DNA of 53,189 nucleotides from a virus (Duplodnaviria; Caudoviricetes): the IMG/VR virus record IMGVR_UViG_3300013099_000025, positions 1 to 53,189 of that record; one strand, written 5' to 3'. The notes under the pieces were generated by a model, which was given only the letters and a program-made list of their open reading frames with translations, ran no database searches and was not told the origin of the DNA. Positions 30,168 to 38,826 of this stretch are shown here, piece after piece. The translations under genes were made by a program, and so were the position numbers. The number at the start of each line of letters is the position of its first letter. Position 1 is the first letter of the stretch.

Positions 30168-30581
30168 ATGAAAAAAATAATTATTTTTCTGATCGCTTTC
30201 TCTCAATTATATGTTCCCATTATCACATCTAATTCTTATGCAAAACATTTACATAAAGAAAGAGTATACCAAGAATATTGGGCAGAGAAGAATAATGCTG
30301 TTGCGATTGAATATATCTTACCAGATAGAGCGAGAGTGGATATTGTTACAGAAGAATATGCGATAGAAGTTGACTTTGCGTATAAATGGGCAGAGGCAGT
30401 TGGTCAATCATTATATTATGCGGAAATGATGAAGTTAAAACCTGGCATCGTATTGATCGTTGAAGATATAAAAAAATTCAAATTGGTTTTCAGATTGAAA
30501 GTATTGACTGAAAAATATAATATTCGATTGTGGATAATCACACCGGATGATTTGGATTTTAGTGTTATGGAAAATAAATAA
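30168..30581 (+). CDS. PD-(D/E)xK-fold protein with N-terminal signal-peptide-like sequence
   Basis: MKKIIIFLIAF...SYA leader; E..RVDIV...AIEVD...WAEAVGQSLYY restriction-endonuclease-like motifs. Confidence 0.65.
   Translation: MKKIIIFLIAFSQLYVPIITSNSYAKHLHKERVYQEYWAEKNNAVAIEYILPDRARVDIVTEEYAIEVDFAYKWAEAVGQSLYYAEMMKLKPGIVLIVEDIKKFKLVFRLKVLTEKYNIRLWIITPDDLDFSVMENK
30204..30217 (-). promoter_or_regulatory. putative late promoter GGAACATATAATTG embedded antisense in 30168
   Basis: caattatatgttcc on the + strand; points toward the 30099 hub/terminase genes. Confidence 0.65.
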
Positions 30582-30607
30582 AAAAATCCCTATGGTAGCG
30601 GATTTTT
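30582..30607. terminator. bidirectional terminator between convergent genes
   Basis: AAAAATCC...GGATTTTT hairpin with A/T runs on both sides. Confidence 0.55.
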
Positions 30608-30612
30608 CGTAG

Positions 30613-30831
30613 TTACCATATCCATCCTTCATGGTGATAACTACTACACATGGTGTCGCCAATTTCTTGGCTCTCAACACCATATGTCTCAAAATTAACA
30701 TTACAATCATCAACATCGGCAAATCTTTTGCCGATGATCGAACACTCTGCATCCAACGCATTCAATCCAGAATTGAATACATGTTCAATACAGTTTGAGC
30801 ATGATCGACAAGGCAACGTTTCCTTCGTCAT
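30613..30831 (-). CDS. small Cys-rich hypothetical protein
   Basis: AGGAGA SD before ATG 30831; CRSCSNC motif. Confidence 0.6.
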   Translation of the reverse strand: MTKETLPCRSCSNCIEHVFNSGLNALDAECSIIGKRFADVDDCNVNFETYGVESQEIGDTMCSSYHHEGWIW

Positions 30832-30954
30832 AACATTCTCCTTTAAGAATATTACCACAATTATTTATTCTCCATATGTGGATTGGAGTCTCACTTTTTG
30901 ATTCTGTCAGATGACATTCCAGAAGGATAACTGGAAACTAAAAAAGATTAATTC

Positions 30955-30983
30955 TTTGGTAGCACTAATTAATATATATAATA
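30955..30983 (-). promoter_or_regulatory. putative early/middle promoter motif, copy 2
   Basis: 28/29 identical to 1782-1810. Confidence 0.6.
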
Positions 30984-31097
30984 ACCCCCAGTTAGAAAGA
31001 TTAATTTAACGATATAGCGTTTTTAAGGAGTATTTTAAGCTATATTTTGACAAAAAAGAAAATCCGAATGGAAGATTTTCTTTTCAATATTAATTAA

Positions 31098-31394
31098 TCA
31101 TTTGATAATTTTATTCAATTCAATATCATCAAAATATTCTCCATTGATATATATTCCATTGTCCAATGCACATTGAAATATTTCATGTAATGATTCATTG
31201 CTATCATCTCCTAGATCATTCACTTCATCATAAATATATTTGAAAAATACTAAATTTTCTAAATCAAATTGATTTTTTGTCATGCCATCATAAAAAACAT
31301 ATGAATAATTATCTTTTATGGTAAAACCATATAATTTCTTTCCATCTTTTTGTTCAAAGATGACAGCATTTAAACGAACATCTTCTAAAATCAT
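31098..31394 (-). CDS. hypothetical protein
   Basis: 98 aa, AGGAGA SD. Confidence 0.7.
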   Translation of the reverse strand: MILEDVRLNAVIFEQKDGKKLYGFTIKDNYSYVFYDGMTKNQFDLENLVFFKYIYDEVNDLGDDSNESLHEIFQCALDNGIYINGEYFDDIELNKIIK

Positions 31395-31415
31395 TTTATC
31401 AAATCTCCTTGTTAT

Positions 31416-31628
31416 TCAATCTGAAAAATGTGTTTCGCATAAATCACCGACAAAATGTTCATCAGTTTCAGTTAAAAATTCACCAATTACTAACTGTTCT
31501 ACCAATTTAAATTCATCGTCTGTTAACTCTTTGATTTTTCTTCCAGTTAATATTTTAGCTGCTATTATAGCCGATCGATATGGTGCAGCTTCTCTAGCAT
31601 GATAATTGCTCATACTTTCTGTATCCAT
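31416..31628 (-). CDS. hypothetical protein
   Basis: 70 aa in operon, AGGA SD. Confidence 0.6.
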   Translation of the reverse strand: MDTESMSNYHAREAAPYRSAIIAAKILTGRKIKELTDDEFKLVEQLVIGEFLTETDEHFVGDLCETHFSD

Positions 31629-31638
31629 TTTATATTTC

Positions 31639-32541
31639 CTAATCCGTCAAAGCTGCCATCATTCTTGTTGGAATGTTTAATGTTCGTTCAGCAATATTAT
31701 CTAACATTTTTTTAGCATTTATATTTTCTTCTTTACATGAATATGTAGCAATTGCCATGAACATATTCCACGCAGTAATTGGAGGAATATTTTCTTCGTC
31801 GAAATCATTCCCATTGTTCGTCAAATTGGCAAGATTATGAACAACAGCAGCATATCGACGTTTTCCTAATTTCTCAACCATTCCAAGAGCTTTCATAGCA
31901 TCTTCAGGAGGAACAATTGTACTGAAATTTTCATTTACCAAATCAGTAATATTAGTATTAAAGACATCAATATAACTTCCAATATTCGATTCCAATGCGG
32001 TATTCGAATGTAAGATATGAATCTGTCTCATACCAAGAATTTTCTTCTTAAATGCAATACTTCCTAAAACATTATATTCATTATCAACAATTCCCATACC
32101 GAAAGAATACATTGCTGCTTTCGTTCCGTTATATGAATTTTCAATATTTATCAATGGAACAACCATTGAATTTATTATATTTGTATTTGGATTGACAATC
32201 ATCAATTCAGTTGACATTTGTGTAAGATTTGAAGAGAATAAAGTTCTCTCTGATATATTATTATCTCCAGATGATAGATTTGAGATTGAATCCAAAACAG
32301 CATCTACCGCCATAGCATTTCCAAAGAATTTATATTCTGTTGAAACCGCACCAATATATTGTCTATCATCAATAGATGAATCTGATTTCCCTGTGAAAAT
32401 TGCCAATGAAGGCAATTCCAACTCTCTTGTAACACCTCTTAAAACTTCATACCAAATTGAAGAATATCTATCACGATATTCAAACAATCCATCATCGATC
32501 GTTGTTAATCCCATCTCTAATGCTTCTTGGATAAATGACAT
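31639..32541 (-). CDS. DUF932-like hypothetical protein
   Basis: GAVSTEY, IENSYNGT, TAWNMFMA resemble the DUF932 pattern. Confidence 0.5.
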   Translation of the reverse strand: MSFIQEALEMGLTTIDDGLFEYRDRYSSIWYEVLRGVTRELELPSLAIFTGKSDSSIDDRQYIGAVSTEYKFFGNAMAVDAVLDSISNLSSGDNNISERTLFSSNLTQMSTELMIVNPNTNIINSMVVPLINIENSYNGTKAAMYSFGMGIVDNEYNVLGSIAFKKKILGMRQIHILHSNTALESNIGSYIDVFNTNITDLVNENFSTIVPPEDAMKALGMVEKLGKRRYAAVVHNLANLTNNGNDFDEENIPPITAWNMFMAIATYSCKEENINAKKMLDNIAERTLNIPTRMMAALTD

Positions 32542-32554
32542 TTAATTAGTCTCC

Positions 32555-32779
32555 TTATTGTTCATCTGTTGAAATATCATCCAATGCTTTATCAAATTCT
32601 TTTTGAGATAATTCACAGCCATGATAATCTATCGGACTCATGTATATCCCTTCAATGATTATTGGAGAAAATCCTTCTTTTTTGAGATCATGATCAATCA
32701 AATGAATACTAATATCATTATTTGTTGATCTAACATTTGTGACAGTTCCGTTTGATATTTCTATCAATATTTTATCCAT
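32555..32779 (-). CDS. hypothetical protein
   Basis: 74 aa; ILIEISNGTV...IDHD small-phage-protein pattern. Confidence 0.65.
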   Translation of the reverse strand: MDKILIEISNGTVTNVRSTNNDISIHLIDHDLKKEGFSPIIIEGIYMSPIDYHGCELSQKEFDKALDDISTDEQ

Positions 32780-33013
32780 TTAAATAACCTCATAATCTTC
32801 CATATCATCCATTGATAAAATCACATCATCATCAGCAATAACAAATGATGCATCAATATATTCACCATTAGAAGGTAATCCCAATTCATCATTATTTTCT
32901 CTATATTTTTCCACTTTTTCCATAAAATCTTTTTGATCTTCTGCTTCGATTTCTATCTCACCAGACATTTCCCATGAAACTGGTAATTTAAATTTTTTCA
33001 ATTTAACCTCCAT
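32780..33013 (-). CDS. hypothetical acidic protein
   Basis: 77 aa; PVSWEMSG.IEIEA pattern. Confidence 0.7.
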   Translation of the reverse strand: MEVKLKKFKLPVSWEMSGEIEIEAEDQKDFMEKVEKYRENNDELGLPSNGEYIDASFVIADDDVILSMDDMEDYEVI

Positions 33014-33096
33014 CTTGATTTTCTTATTTCTCTTGTGTATTGAAATATAAGAAATGTGGTTTAGTTAGAAATAAATCTGATAATTTAGCTAAAACA

Positions 33097-33252
33097 TTAA
33101 TCACATTTCTCACATTTATTACACCGTGGTTTAGATGCAGTATAAATCCCACAATATTCACAAATATATTTTTGATCTCCAGGATTCATCTTTTCCCAAT
33201 CTGTCATAATATCAAACAAACCAACTTCTTCAAATAAATTATCTCTTGTCAT
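33097..33252 (-). CDS. small putative zinc-finger protein (51 aa, not in ORF track)
   Basis: Manual translation MTRDNLFEEVGLFDIMTDWEKMNPGDQKYICEYCGIYTASKPRCNKCEKCD. Confidence 0.55.
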   Translation of the reverse strand: MTRDNLFEEVGLFDIMTDWEKMNPGDQKYICEYCGIYTASKPRCNKCEKCD

Positions 33253-34174
33253 GATAATGTCCTATTATTTCCATTGTTAAATTATTTAATTTTTTAAAAT
33301 CAGAATATTTTGGAAGATCTGTTTTCTCTAAAGCTATTTTAATATTCTCCTCAAGATCATCAAACATTCCGAGAATTTCGTTTAGATTATAATCGCCTTT
33401 CTTGATAGATAATAACAAATCTTTATCTTTCAATGGGAAAATTAAATCACACGTTTCAAGTAATTCAATTCCTTCCAATGTTAATCTGATGAGATGTGAA
33501 GCGAACTTCAAATCGTACCCATGTTTTCTGATTAATTCTTTTCGATGCGACATATTTGAAAATCTTTTATTTACAATTGATAGTGCTTTTTTATTCAACA
33601 CTCCCAAAGGTATTTTAATATCGCCAACTCTCAGATGTTCTTTATCGAAATATTTACTGATGTCTGATTTCAGATGAAGTAATGTATCAGTCGGATCAGC
33701 TTTTTCAAGAATACCTTTTATAAATTCAAATTCTTTATGGTTTCCTAATTTAACAATCATTTTCTTTTTCTGTGAATATGCATATCCGAGAAATCTGTGA
33801 TACAAACCCTTATGTAAAAAATCATGTCTATGTTCTAATAATTTAATCCCCATAGGAGAATTTATTTTTAACTGTTTCTCATCAACGAATAATTGTTCTA
33901 TAATCGTTGGATTACAATCAGAAGCCAATTTAACAAATCTCTTAATATCATAAAATCTTCTATCTATCGCATCGGCATTATTCTTACCATTTTCATCTTT
34001 AGATTTGAAGGATAAATCAATTTCTTTAACTTCTTTCAATCCAAAATAATAATCCAATGGAGCAACAAATACACCAGAATAATCTAAATCTGATTCTGGT
34101 GTATTTGTCCCATATAAATGTGAACCAACTAAATATTCTAGCAAAATATTATTTTGGATGTCCTCGAATTTCAT
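33239..34174 (-). CDS. Pol-beta superfamily nucleotidyltransferase (Nuc-transf / YcgL-like)
   Basis: GSHLYGTNTPESDLD, CNPTIIE, GYDLKFASHLIRL motifs. Confidence 0.85.
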   Translation of the reverse strand: MKFEDIQNNILLEYLVGSHLYGTNTPESDLDYSGVFVAPLDYYFGLKEVKEIDLSFKSKDENGKNNADAIDRRFYDIKRFVKLASDCNPTIIEQLFVDEKQLKINSPMGIKLLEHRHDFLHKGLYHRFLGYAYSQKKKMIVKLGNHKEFEFIKGILEKADPTDTLLHLKSDISKYFDKEHLRVGDIKIPLGVLNKKALSIVNKRFSNMSHRKELIRKHGYDLKFASHLIRLTLEGIELLETCDLIFPLKDKDLLLSIKKGDYNLNEILGMFDDLEENIKIALEKTDLPKYSDFKKLNNLTMEIIGHYHDKR

Positions 34175-34328
34175 CGTTTAATTCCTCACCTAAAATATAT
34201 AAAGAACTTTCAATAGTACGTAAATAAATTTGTTTAGCTCTTGTTGATTTCAATTCACTGTATTTATCTTCTATTAATATATCAACAGTTTCAGCTGCTC
34301 TATATGCATCATTTATATTTTCACTCAT
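34149..34328 (-). CDS. hypothetical protein (59 aa, not in ORF track)
   Basis: AGGAGA SD; MSENINDAYRAAETVD... Confidence 0.55.
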   Translation of the reverse strand: MSENINDAYRAAETVDILIEDKYSELKSTRAKQIYLRTIESSLYILGEELNDEIRGHPK

Positions 34329-34343
34329 TCAAATCTCCTTGAG

Positions 34344-34393
34344 AGTGAAAAACCTCCACGCAAAATGATCATTTTGCGTGGAGGTTTTTCACT
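34344..34393. terminator. 50-bp perfect palindrome (terminator/cruciform)
   Basis: AGTGAAAAACCTCCACGCAAAATGA|TCATTTTGCGTGGAGGTTTTTCACT immediately after the 34394 stop. Confidence 0.7.
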
Positions 34394-34564
34394 TTATAGT
34401 GCTTCTTTCAACACTTGTGTACGGTAAACCAATCCTTTCTTTCTCAGAAAACGACTGAATTGACGGATAGATGGTTCGAACGAAGCTGCTTTACACAAAT
34501 TCTTAAATTCATCTGCTGTTGCGAATCTCTCTCTGAGAGTTAGAACTTTTTTATCTTTAGCCAT
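34394..34564 (-). CDS. small basic protein (56 aa, not in ORF track)
   Basis: AGGAGA SD; MAKDKKVLTLRERFATADEFKNLCKAASFEPSIRQFSRFLRKKGLVYRTQVLKEAL. Confidence 0.75.
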   Translation of the reverse strand: MAKDKKVLTLRERFATADEFKNLCKAASFEPSIRQFSRFLRKKGLVYRTQVLKEAL

Positions 34565-34596
34565 GATAATTCTCCTATCAAATGTTGAAAGAAATA

Positions 34597-34824
34597 TTAC
34601 GAATTACTTTTTGATTCAAGAGAATCGACTGCTCTTGTCTGAATTTCTGTAAAATCCAAAAGACTGATATTAACTATATGATTAACAAAATCTTTAACCA
34701 TTAACATTTTAACTTCATCAGATTCATCAATTGTTAATAATTCTGCTAAAGTTGAAATAGCTATTTGTTCAGATCTGATTTTAGCATTTGCTATCACTTT
34801 CATCTTCTCTGGATCAATTGACAT
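34597..34824 (-). CDS. hypothetical protein
   Basis: 75 aa, TAATG coupling with upstream gene. Confidence 0.65.
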   Translation of the reverse strand: MSIDPEKMKVIANAKIRSEQIAISTLAELLTIDESDEVKMLMVKDFVNHIVNISLLDFTEIQTRAVDSLESKSNS

Positions 34825-35012
34825 TAAAATATCCCCTTACTATAAAATGTTTTTTGTTTGACTGAAGTATTCAATACGTTCGTATAACCACCACCAGCAA
34901 AATATTCAATGTTTTTTTCGATTCTTTTAGATGTTTCAATATCGGCATATACACCAATATGTCTGATTCGATCTCGACCATCTGATGCACTAACATTGAT
35001 TTCATTCTTCAT
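34824..35012 (-). CDS. hypothetical protein
   Basis: 62 aa in operon. Confidence 0.55.
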   Translation of the reverse strand: MKNEINVSASDGRDRIRHIGVYADIETSKRIEKNIEYFAGGGYTNVLNTSVKQKTFYSKGIF

Positions 35013-35409
35013 CTTTTATTTCCTCAATTTCGGGTAATGGACACTTTATACTTTTTCGCATTGGATCATCAAAATTAACAGTCATCTGTTTTGAGAAATC
35101 TCTTGTTTCTGGTGTGTTTGTTTGTGTTCTCCATGATAAATGATGTCGAATGACCTGATACATATCCCATGATTGTTTTCCAATATCAGACATTCCATCA
35201 TTACCAATTCCAATATAATTATTATTATTCAATTTTGGAAAACATATTTTTTTAATAACTGAACAGTCATCCCAATCAAGAGATGGAGCTATTGTATCTC
35301 TCAATATATCCATTTGACCGGACATCAATCTTGCAAATGTTTCACATATTTCAGATAATGATTTAGCTTGCTCTATTGATAATTTTAAATTAACATATGG
35401 TTTTTCCAT
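35002..35409 (-). CDS. hypothetical protein
   Basis: 135 aa in operon. Confidence 0.7.
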   Translation of the reverse strand: MEKPYVNLKLSIEQAKSLSEICETFARLMSGQMDILRDTIAPSLDWDDCSVIKKICFPKLNNNNYIGIGNDGMSDIGKQSWDMYQVIRHHLSWRTQTNTPETRDFSKQMTVNFDDPMRKSIKCPLPEIEEIKDEE

Positions 35410-35420
35410 GATTAATCACC

Positions 35421-35768
35421 CTAAAAATTAGTTCCGATCCAACAAATTTTCTTACCACCAAAGTTATCATCTAAAGACATATCTGCCCAGTCATATAATT
35501 GTTGCATACAATCATTGAAATAACTAGTCAGATCTTCTTCTTTTTCACCATAGTCTAAAGAAATATCTTCAAATTCAGATATAATATCTCCGAGATCATC
35601 ATTTATATGTGAAGGAATTTTCTGATTTAAATTTATCTTTTGCTCCAATTTTTCTAATTTATGGAACATAATTTCAGATAATTCCATAATAGTAATTTTT
35701 TTCTCCAATGCTTCTTTCCAAGATTTCTTAACATCTAATTCATATTGCCATTCAGACATTGTTATCAT
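35421..35768 (-). CDS. hypothetical protein
   Basis: 115 aa; LYDWAD...ICWI pattern seen in small phage proteins; start may be the second Met. Confidence 0.7.
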   Translation of the reverse strand: MITMSEWQYELDVKKSWKEALEKKITIMELSEIMFHKLEKLEQKINLNQKIPSHINDDLGDIISEFEDISLDYGEKEEDLTSYFNDCMQQLYDWADMSLDDNFGGKKICWIGTNF

Positions 35769-36165
35769 CCTTTTTTATAAGATTATTTTTAAATAGAAAC
35801 TTTTTCACTGATTTAGCAATAACCTCTCTTAGGCATTGATGGGGGATTAATTTCTGTAATCCGTCTCTTATTTCATTTATCAAATCTCTTATTTCATGTT
35901 CCTTTAAACTATTTTGTTTTTCAAAGATTTTCTCTCCTTCAATTTTTCTCTCCCACATTTCACAACCAATTGGACCATGATTGAAAAATAACGCTTTTCC
36001 TTTTATTTTCATATCATCACATATCGGCATTAGACATACCAATCCAAATGGTTCAGAAATTTTACCTTTAGCTTCACCAGTGTTCTGAGGGTGTTTATTA
36101 ACCTCAATACAATGGATACAATTAGTACAGCTCTTACCAAATGCTATATTCCATTCAACAGACAT
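35752..36165 (-). CDS. hypothetical Cys-rich protein
   Basis: 137 aa, CTNCIHC; GAGGGG SD. Confidence 0.65.
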   Translation of the reverse strand: MSVEWNIAFGKSCTNCIHCIEVNKHPQNTGEAKGKISEPFGLVCLMPICDDMKIKGKALFFNHGPIGCEMWERKIEGEKIFEKQNSLKEHEIRDLINEIRDGLQKLIPHQCLREVIAKSVKKFLFKNNLIKKDDNNV

Positions 36166-36245
36166 AATATCCCCTCACACATAGAACTGATAATAATCGT
36201 AGAAATAAATTTCGTCAAATATTACCAAATCGATTTACTGATGCT

Positions 36246-36617
36246 TCAGTTATCTTTCTTACCCCAACCCATTTTTTCAAAGAAATTTCTTTCACCTTCA
36301 TGATGATATTGTTCAATTCCATCTTTAAATATAGTTTCTTTGATTCGTTGACAATATAAAGTAGATAGATCTTTTAATGATGGTAATCTTTTTCGTCCCA
36401 AAATTGAACAAGCATCTCCTAATGCTTCTCTCAAATCATGATCATTTTGTTTCTTACATTTCTTTTTATAATCGAATAAATTTGTCGATATACCAGTTAA
36501 GACATATGGTACAATATTCGGATAATAATCGATATTTTTAAGAATATTATCTAAAATTTCTTTTTCATTTACTGGTAAATCTAACATCGAAATCCAAGAT
36601 TTCATATCAATCTCCAC
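36246..36617 (-). CDS. hypothetical protein
   Basis: 123 aa in operon. Confidence 0.65.
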   Translation of the reverse strand: MEIDMKSWISMLDLPVNEKEILDNILKNIDYYPNIVPYVLTGISTNLFDYKKKCKKQNDHDLREALGDACSILGRKRLPSLKDLSTLYCQRIKETIFKDGIEQYHHEGERNFFEKMGWGKKDN

Positions 36618-36899
36618 TTAAAAAACATATTGTGTATCTCCTATCGAATATGTCACAACAATTTTATTAGAAAAAGCATCTTTTTTAATTACTGGTTTGA
36701 TCCACGACAAAACTTTTTCTTTCTTATCATTTAGAAGAAAACCATCGATTGATGTCTCTTCGATATGACATGACAATGCAGTTATTTCACGATTTACAAT
36801 CATTTTACATATTTCATTATCAAGATTTTTTGCAAATTTATCTTGAATTTCTTTAGTACATTCTTGTATGAAATTGGTTGTCCTCATCATATATTCCAC
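36618..36899 (-). CDS. hypothetical protein
   Basis: 93 aa in operon. Confidence 0.6.
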   Translation of the reverse strand: MEYMMRTTNFIQECTKEIQDKFAKNLDNEICKMIVNREITALSCHIEETSIDGFLLNDKKEKVLSWIKPVIKKDAFSNKIVVTYSIGDTQYVF

Positions 36900-37294
36900 G
36901 ATTCAATAGAATGAAAATCTTGACCATCAACAACTAATGTTTCATGCATCAATTCGTCACAAATATATGACATACATACAGATACAGTTTTACATTTGAT
37001 GTTTCCCTTTCTATATTTTTCATTCCTCTCATCCATAACTTCATATGCACCTGGACCTCCTCTTATGCGAAAAAGTCTTCCATATTCATGGTGATTTATA
37101 TCCCAGTGACCATAATTTCTTCTAATCACATTAAAATTAAGCATTTGATCTCCTCTTTTGAATTGTTCTTTCTTTTTTAATTTACTAGCTTCCGCTCTGG
37201 CTTGTGCACATTTTGCACATATGCACATTGCACCACCGCCATAAAAACCTTTTTGGGATGGTTTGTTGTCACATTGCGTATTTATAAAAACCAT
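36887..37294 (-). CDS. hypothetical protein
   Basis: 135 aa in operon. Confidence 0.65.
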   Translation of the reverse strand: MVFINTQCDNKPSQKGFYGGGAMCICAKCAQARAEASKLKKKEQFKRGDQMLNFNVIRRNYGHWDINHHEYGRLFRIRGGPGAYEVMDERNEKYRKGNIKCKTVSVCMSYICDELMHETLVVDGQDFHSIESWNI

Positions 37295-37296
37295 AA

Positions 37297-37818
37297 TTAT
37301 CTCACCATATTAATAAATAATTCATTGAATACAATTTTTAAATTTTCTAATGTTCCATTATTCTCGATTGTGTATTCACAATTATTTTTGAATAAATGTG
37401 TTTGTTCTGAATTGTGGTTAGGATTCCATGCCAAACCTAATTTATCTGATCTTTCTTTTCTCAATTCATCTTTCGATTCAACATAAATCATCAACCAGTT
37501 ATTTTTAACACACGAATCAAATTCTATTTTATATCGTAAATCATCGCATATTAACGATTTAACTAATAATGAATTTTGGTTTTCATATCTAGATGCCGAA
37601 TTTTCAAATATTTTGACAAAAATATCATCACCGAAATGTTTTTTACATAGATCACTCAATTCTTGCATAAACAGGCGATGTTTTTCTTGACCCAAAACTT
37701 TCAAAATATCATAATGTGGTTGAGCGAATTTAATGATTCTAGATTCTAAATTATTAATATGATTCGCAATGGTTGTTTTTCCTGAACATGCCAAACCGAC
37801 TAAAGCTATTTTAATCAT
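37297..37818 (-). CDS. deoxynucleoside monophosphate kinase-like protein
   Basis: GLACSGKTT Walker A, KFAQP, DDLRY..E, HNSE, IENNGTL motifs. Confidence 0.8.
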   Translation of the reverse strand: MIKIALVGLACSGKTTIANHINNLESRIIKFAQPHYDILKVLGQEKHRLFMQELSDLCKKHFGDDIFVKIFENSASRYENQNSLLVKSLICDDLRYKIEFDSCVKNNWLMIYVESKDELRKERSDKLGLAWNPNHNSEQTHLFKNNCEYTIENNGTLENLKIVFNELFINMVR

Positions 37819-37828
37819 TTACAGATTC

Positions 37829-38116
37829 CTATTTTTGAAGTGATTTATCATTCGTTTTAATCATTGTTTCGGAATGTCCACATCTATCACACTTCCAACA
37901 ATCGATTAATCTACCGGGACCACCCACAGACATCGTAATTTCTTCGTCATCATCTAAAAAATCTGGTATTCCAGAAGCAACAGTTTCTTTGATGGCTTTT
38001 CCATGTTTCATTATTCCATAACAATTTCGCTGTGTGCATCTATTTGGAGGAATTATTTTCTCTTTTTTTACTATCTTGATTCCTGTTGTATTCATCATAA
38101 CATCGTATAAACTCAT
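37829..38116 (-). CDS. hypothetical zinc-ribbon protein
   Basis: C..NC and CWKCDRCGHS. Confidence 0.65.
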   Translation of the reverse strand: MSLYDVMMNTTGIKIVKKEKIIPPNRCTQRNCYGIMKHGKAIKETVASGIPDFLDDDEEITMSVGGPGRLIDCWKCDRCGHSETMIKTNDKSLQK

Positions 38117-38375
38117 CGATCATACCTCTCAATCGTTTAGCATCTTCAATTTGTAGACTAAAAACATCCCAATGACCATATTTACATTTATAATTAAAAA
38201 CATATTTAATCGCAATCCAAAATCTTTTAAATATATTTCGTCGCTGTTGTAAGTATAATTCTGTGAAAATCTCTGGAGGCCATTCTTTAGCATGTTCACT
38301 TTTATCTAATATAATTCTTAATGTATGTTCACTCGAACCACATACACATTCGAAGAATTCAGTTCCATCTAACAT
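38040..38375 (-). CDS. hypothetical phage protein
   Basis: CVCGSSEH...RFWIAIKYVF; AGGAGA SD. Confidence 0.7.
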   Translation of the reverse strand: MLDGTEFFECVCGSSEHTLRIILDKSEHAKEWPPEIFTELYLQQRRNIFKRFWIAIKYVFNYKCKYGHWDVFSLQIEDAKRLRGMIDEFIRCYDEYNRNQDSKKRENNSSK

Positions 38376-38395
38376 ACATTATCTCCTTAACGTAA

Positions 38396-38434
38396 AAAAT
38401 CTGGTATGTGCAATATCTACACATACCAGATTTT
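38396..38434 (-). terminator. rho-independent terminator
   Basis: 15-bp stem AAAATCTGGTATGTG / CACATACCAGATTTT, T-run on the minus strand. Confidence 0.75.
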
Positions 38435-38437
38435 AAT

Positions 38438-38764
38438 TTACCACCACAACCAATTAGCATCATTCCGATGTCGAATAAATGGCTGATCTAAATCATCAGC
38501 TATGATTTTTTTCAAAATAACTTTATTCTTACTACGAAACTCTCTATTAAGTGATTGACGAAAATGTTTTGGTGCATTGTTACGATATTTATCATTATCA
38601 GAATGATAAACGTTGATTAATTTCTTATGTTCTTTCCCACCAAATTCTTCGCATTGCAAATATTGAAACCAACCATATGTTAAATTATTTTTGTTATAAT
38701 CTGTCCCTGATTCATCATAAATCCACTCAGGACGTTCATTCTTTCTTCTGATCGTTTTTGACAT
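38438..38764 (-). CDS. hypothetical basic protein (MSKTIRRK...WLWW)
   Basis: 108 aa; AGGAGA SD lies within a hairpin. Confidence 0.75.
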   Translation of the reverse strand: MSKTIRRKNERPEWIYDESGTDYNKNNLTYGWFQYLQCEEFGGKEHKKLINVYHSDNDKYRNNAPKHFRQSLNREFRSKNKVILKKIIADDLDQPFIRHRNDANWLWW

Positions 38765-38772
38765 TTCATTTC

Positions 38773-38805
38773 TCCTATGTAAATTGTTAGAACACTTACA
38801 TAGGA
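38773..38805 (-). promoter_or_regulatory. RBS-sequestering hairpin
   Basis: Minus-strand TCCTATGTAA...TTACATAGGA pairs over the AGGA of the SD for 38764. Confidence 0.55.
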
Positions 38806-38826
38806 TGAAACCATAGATACATGGTA

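Noticed and set aside
30860-31097. tRNA or structured ncRNA in this intergenic gap
   Set aside because: Only a short TTCCAG/CTGGAA stem and the promoter-like repeat; no cloverleaf or T-loop consensus seen
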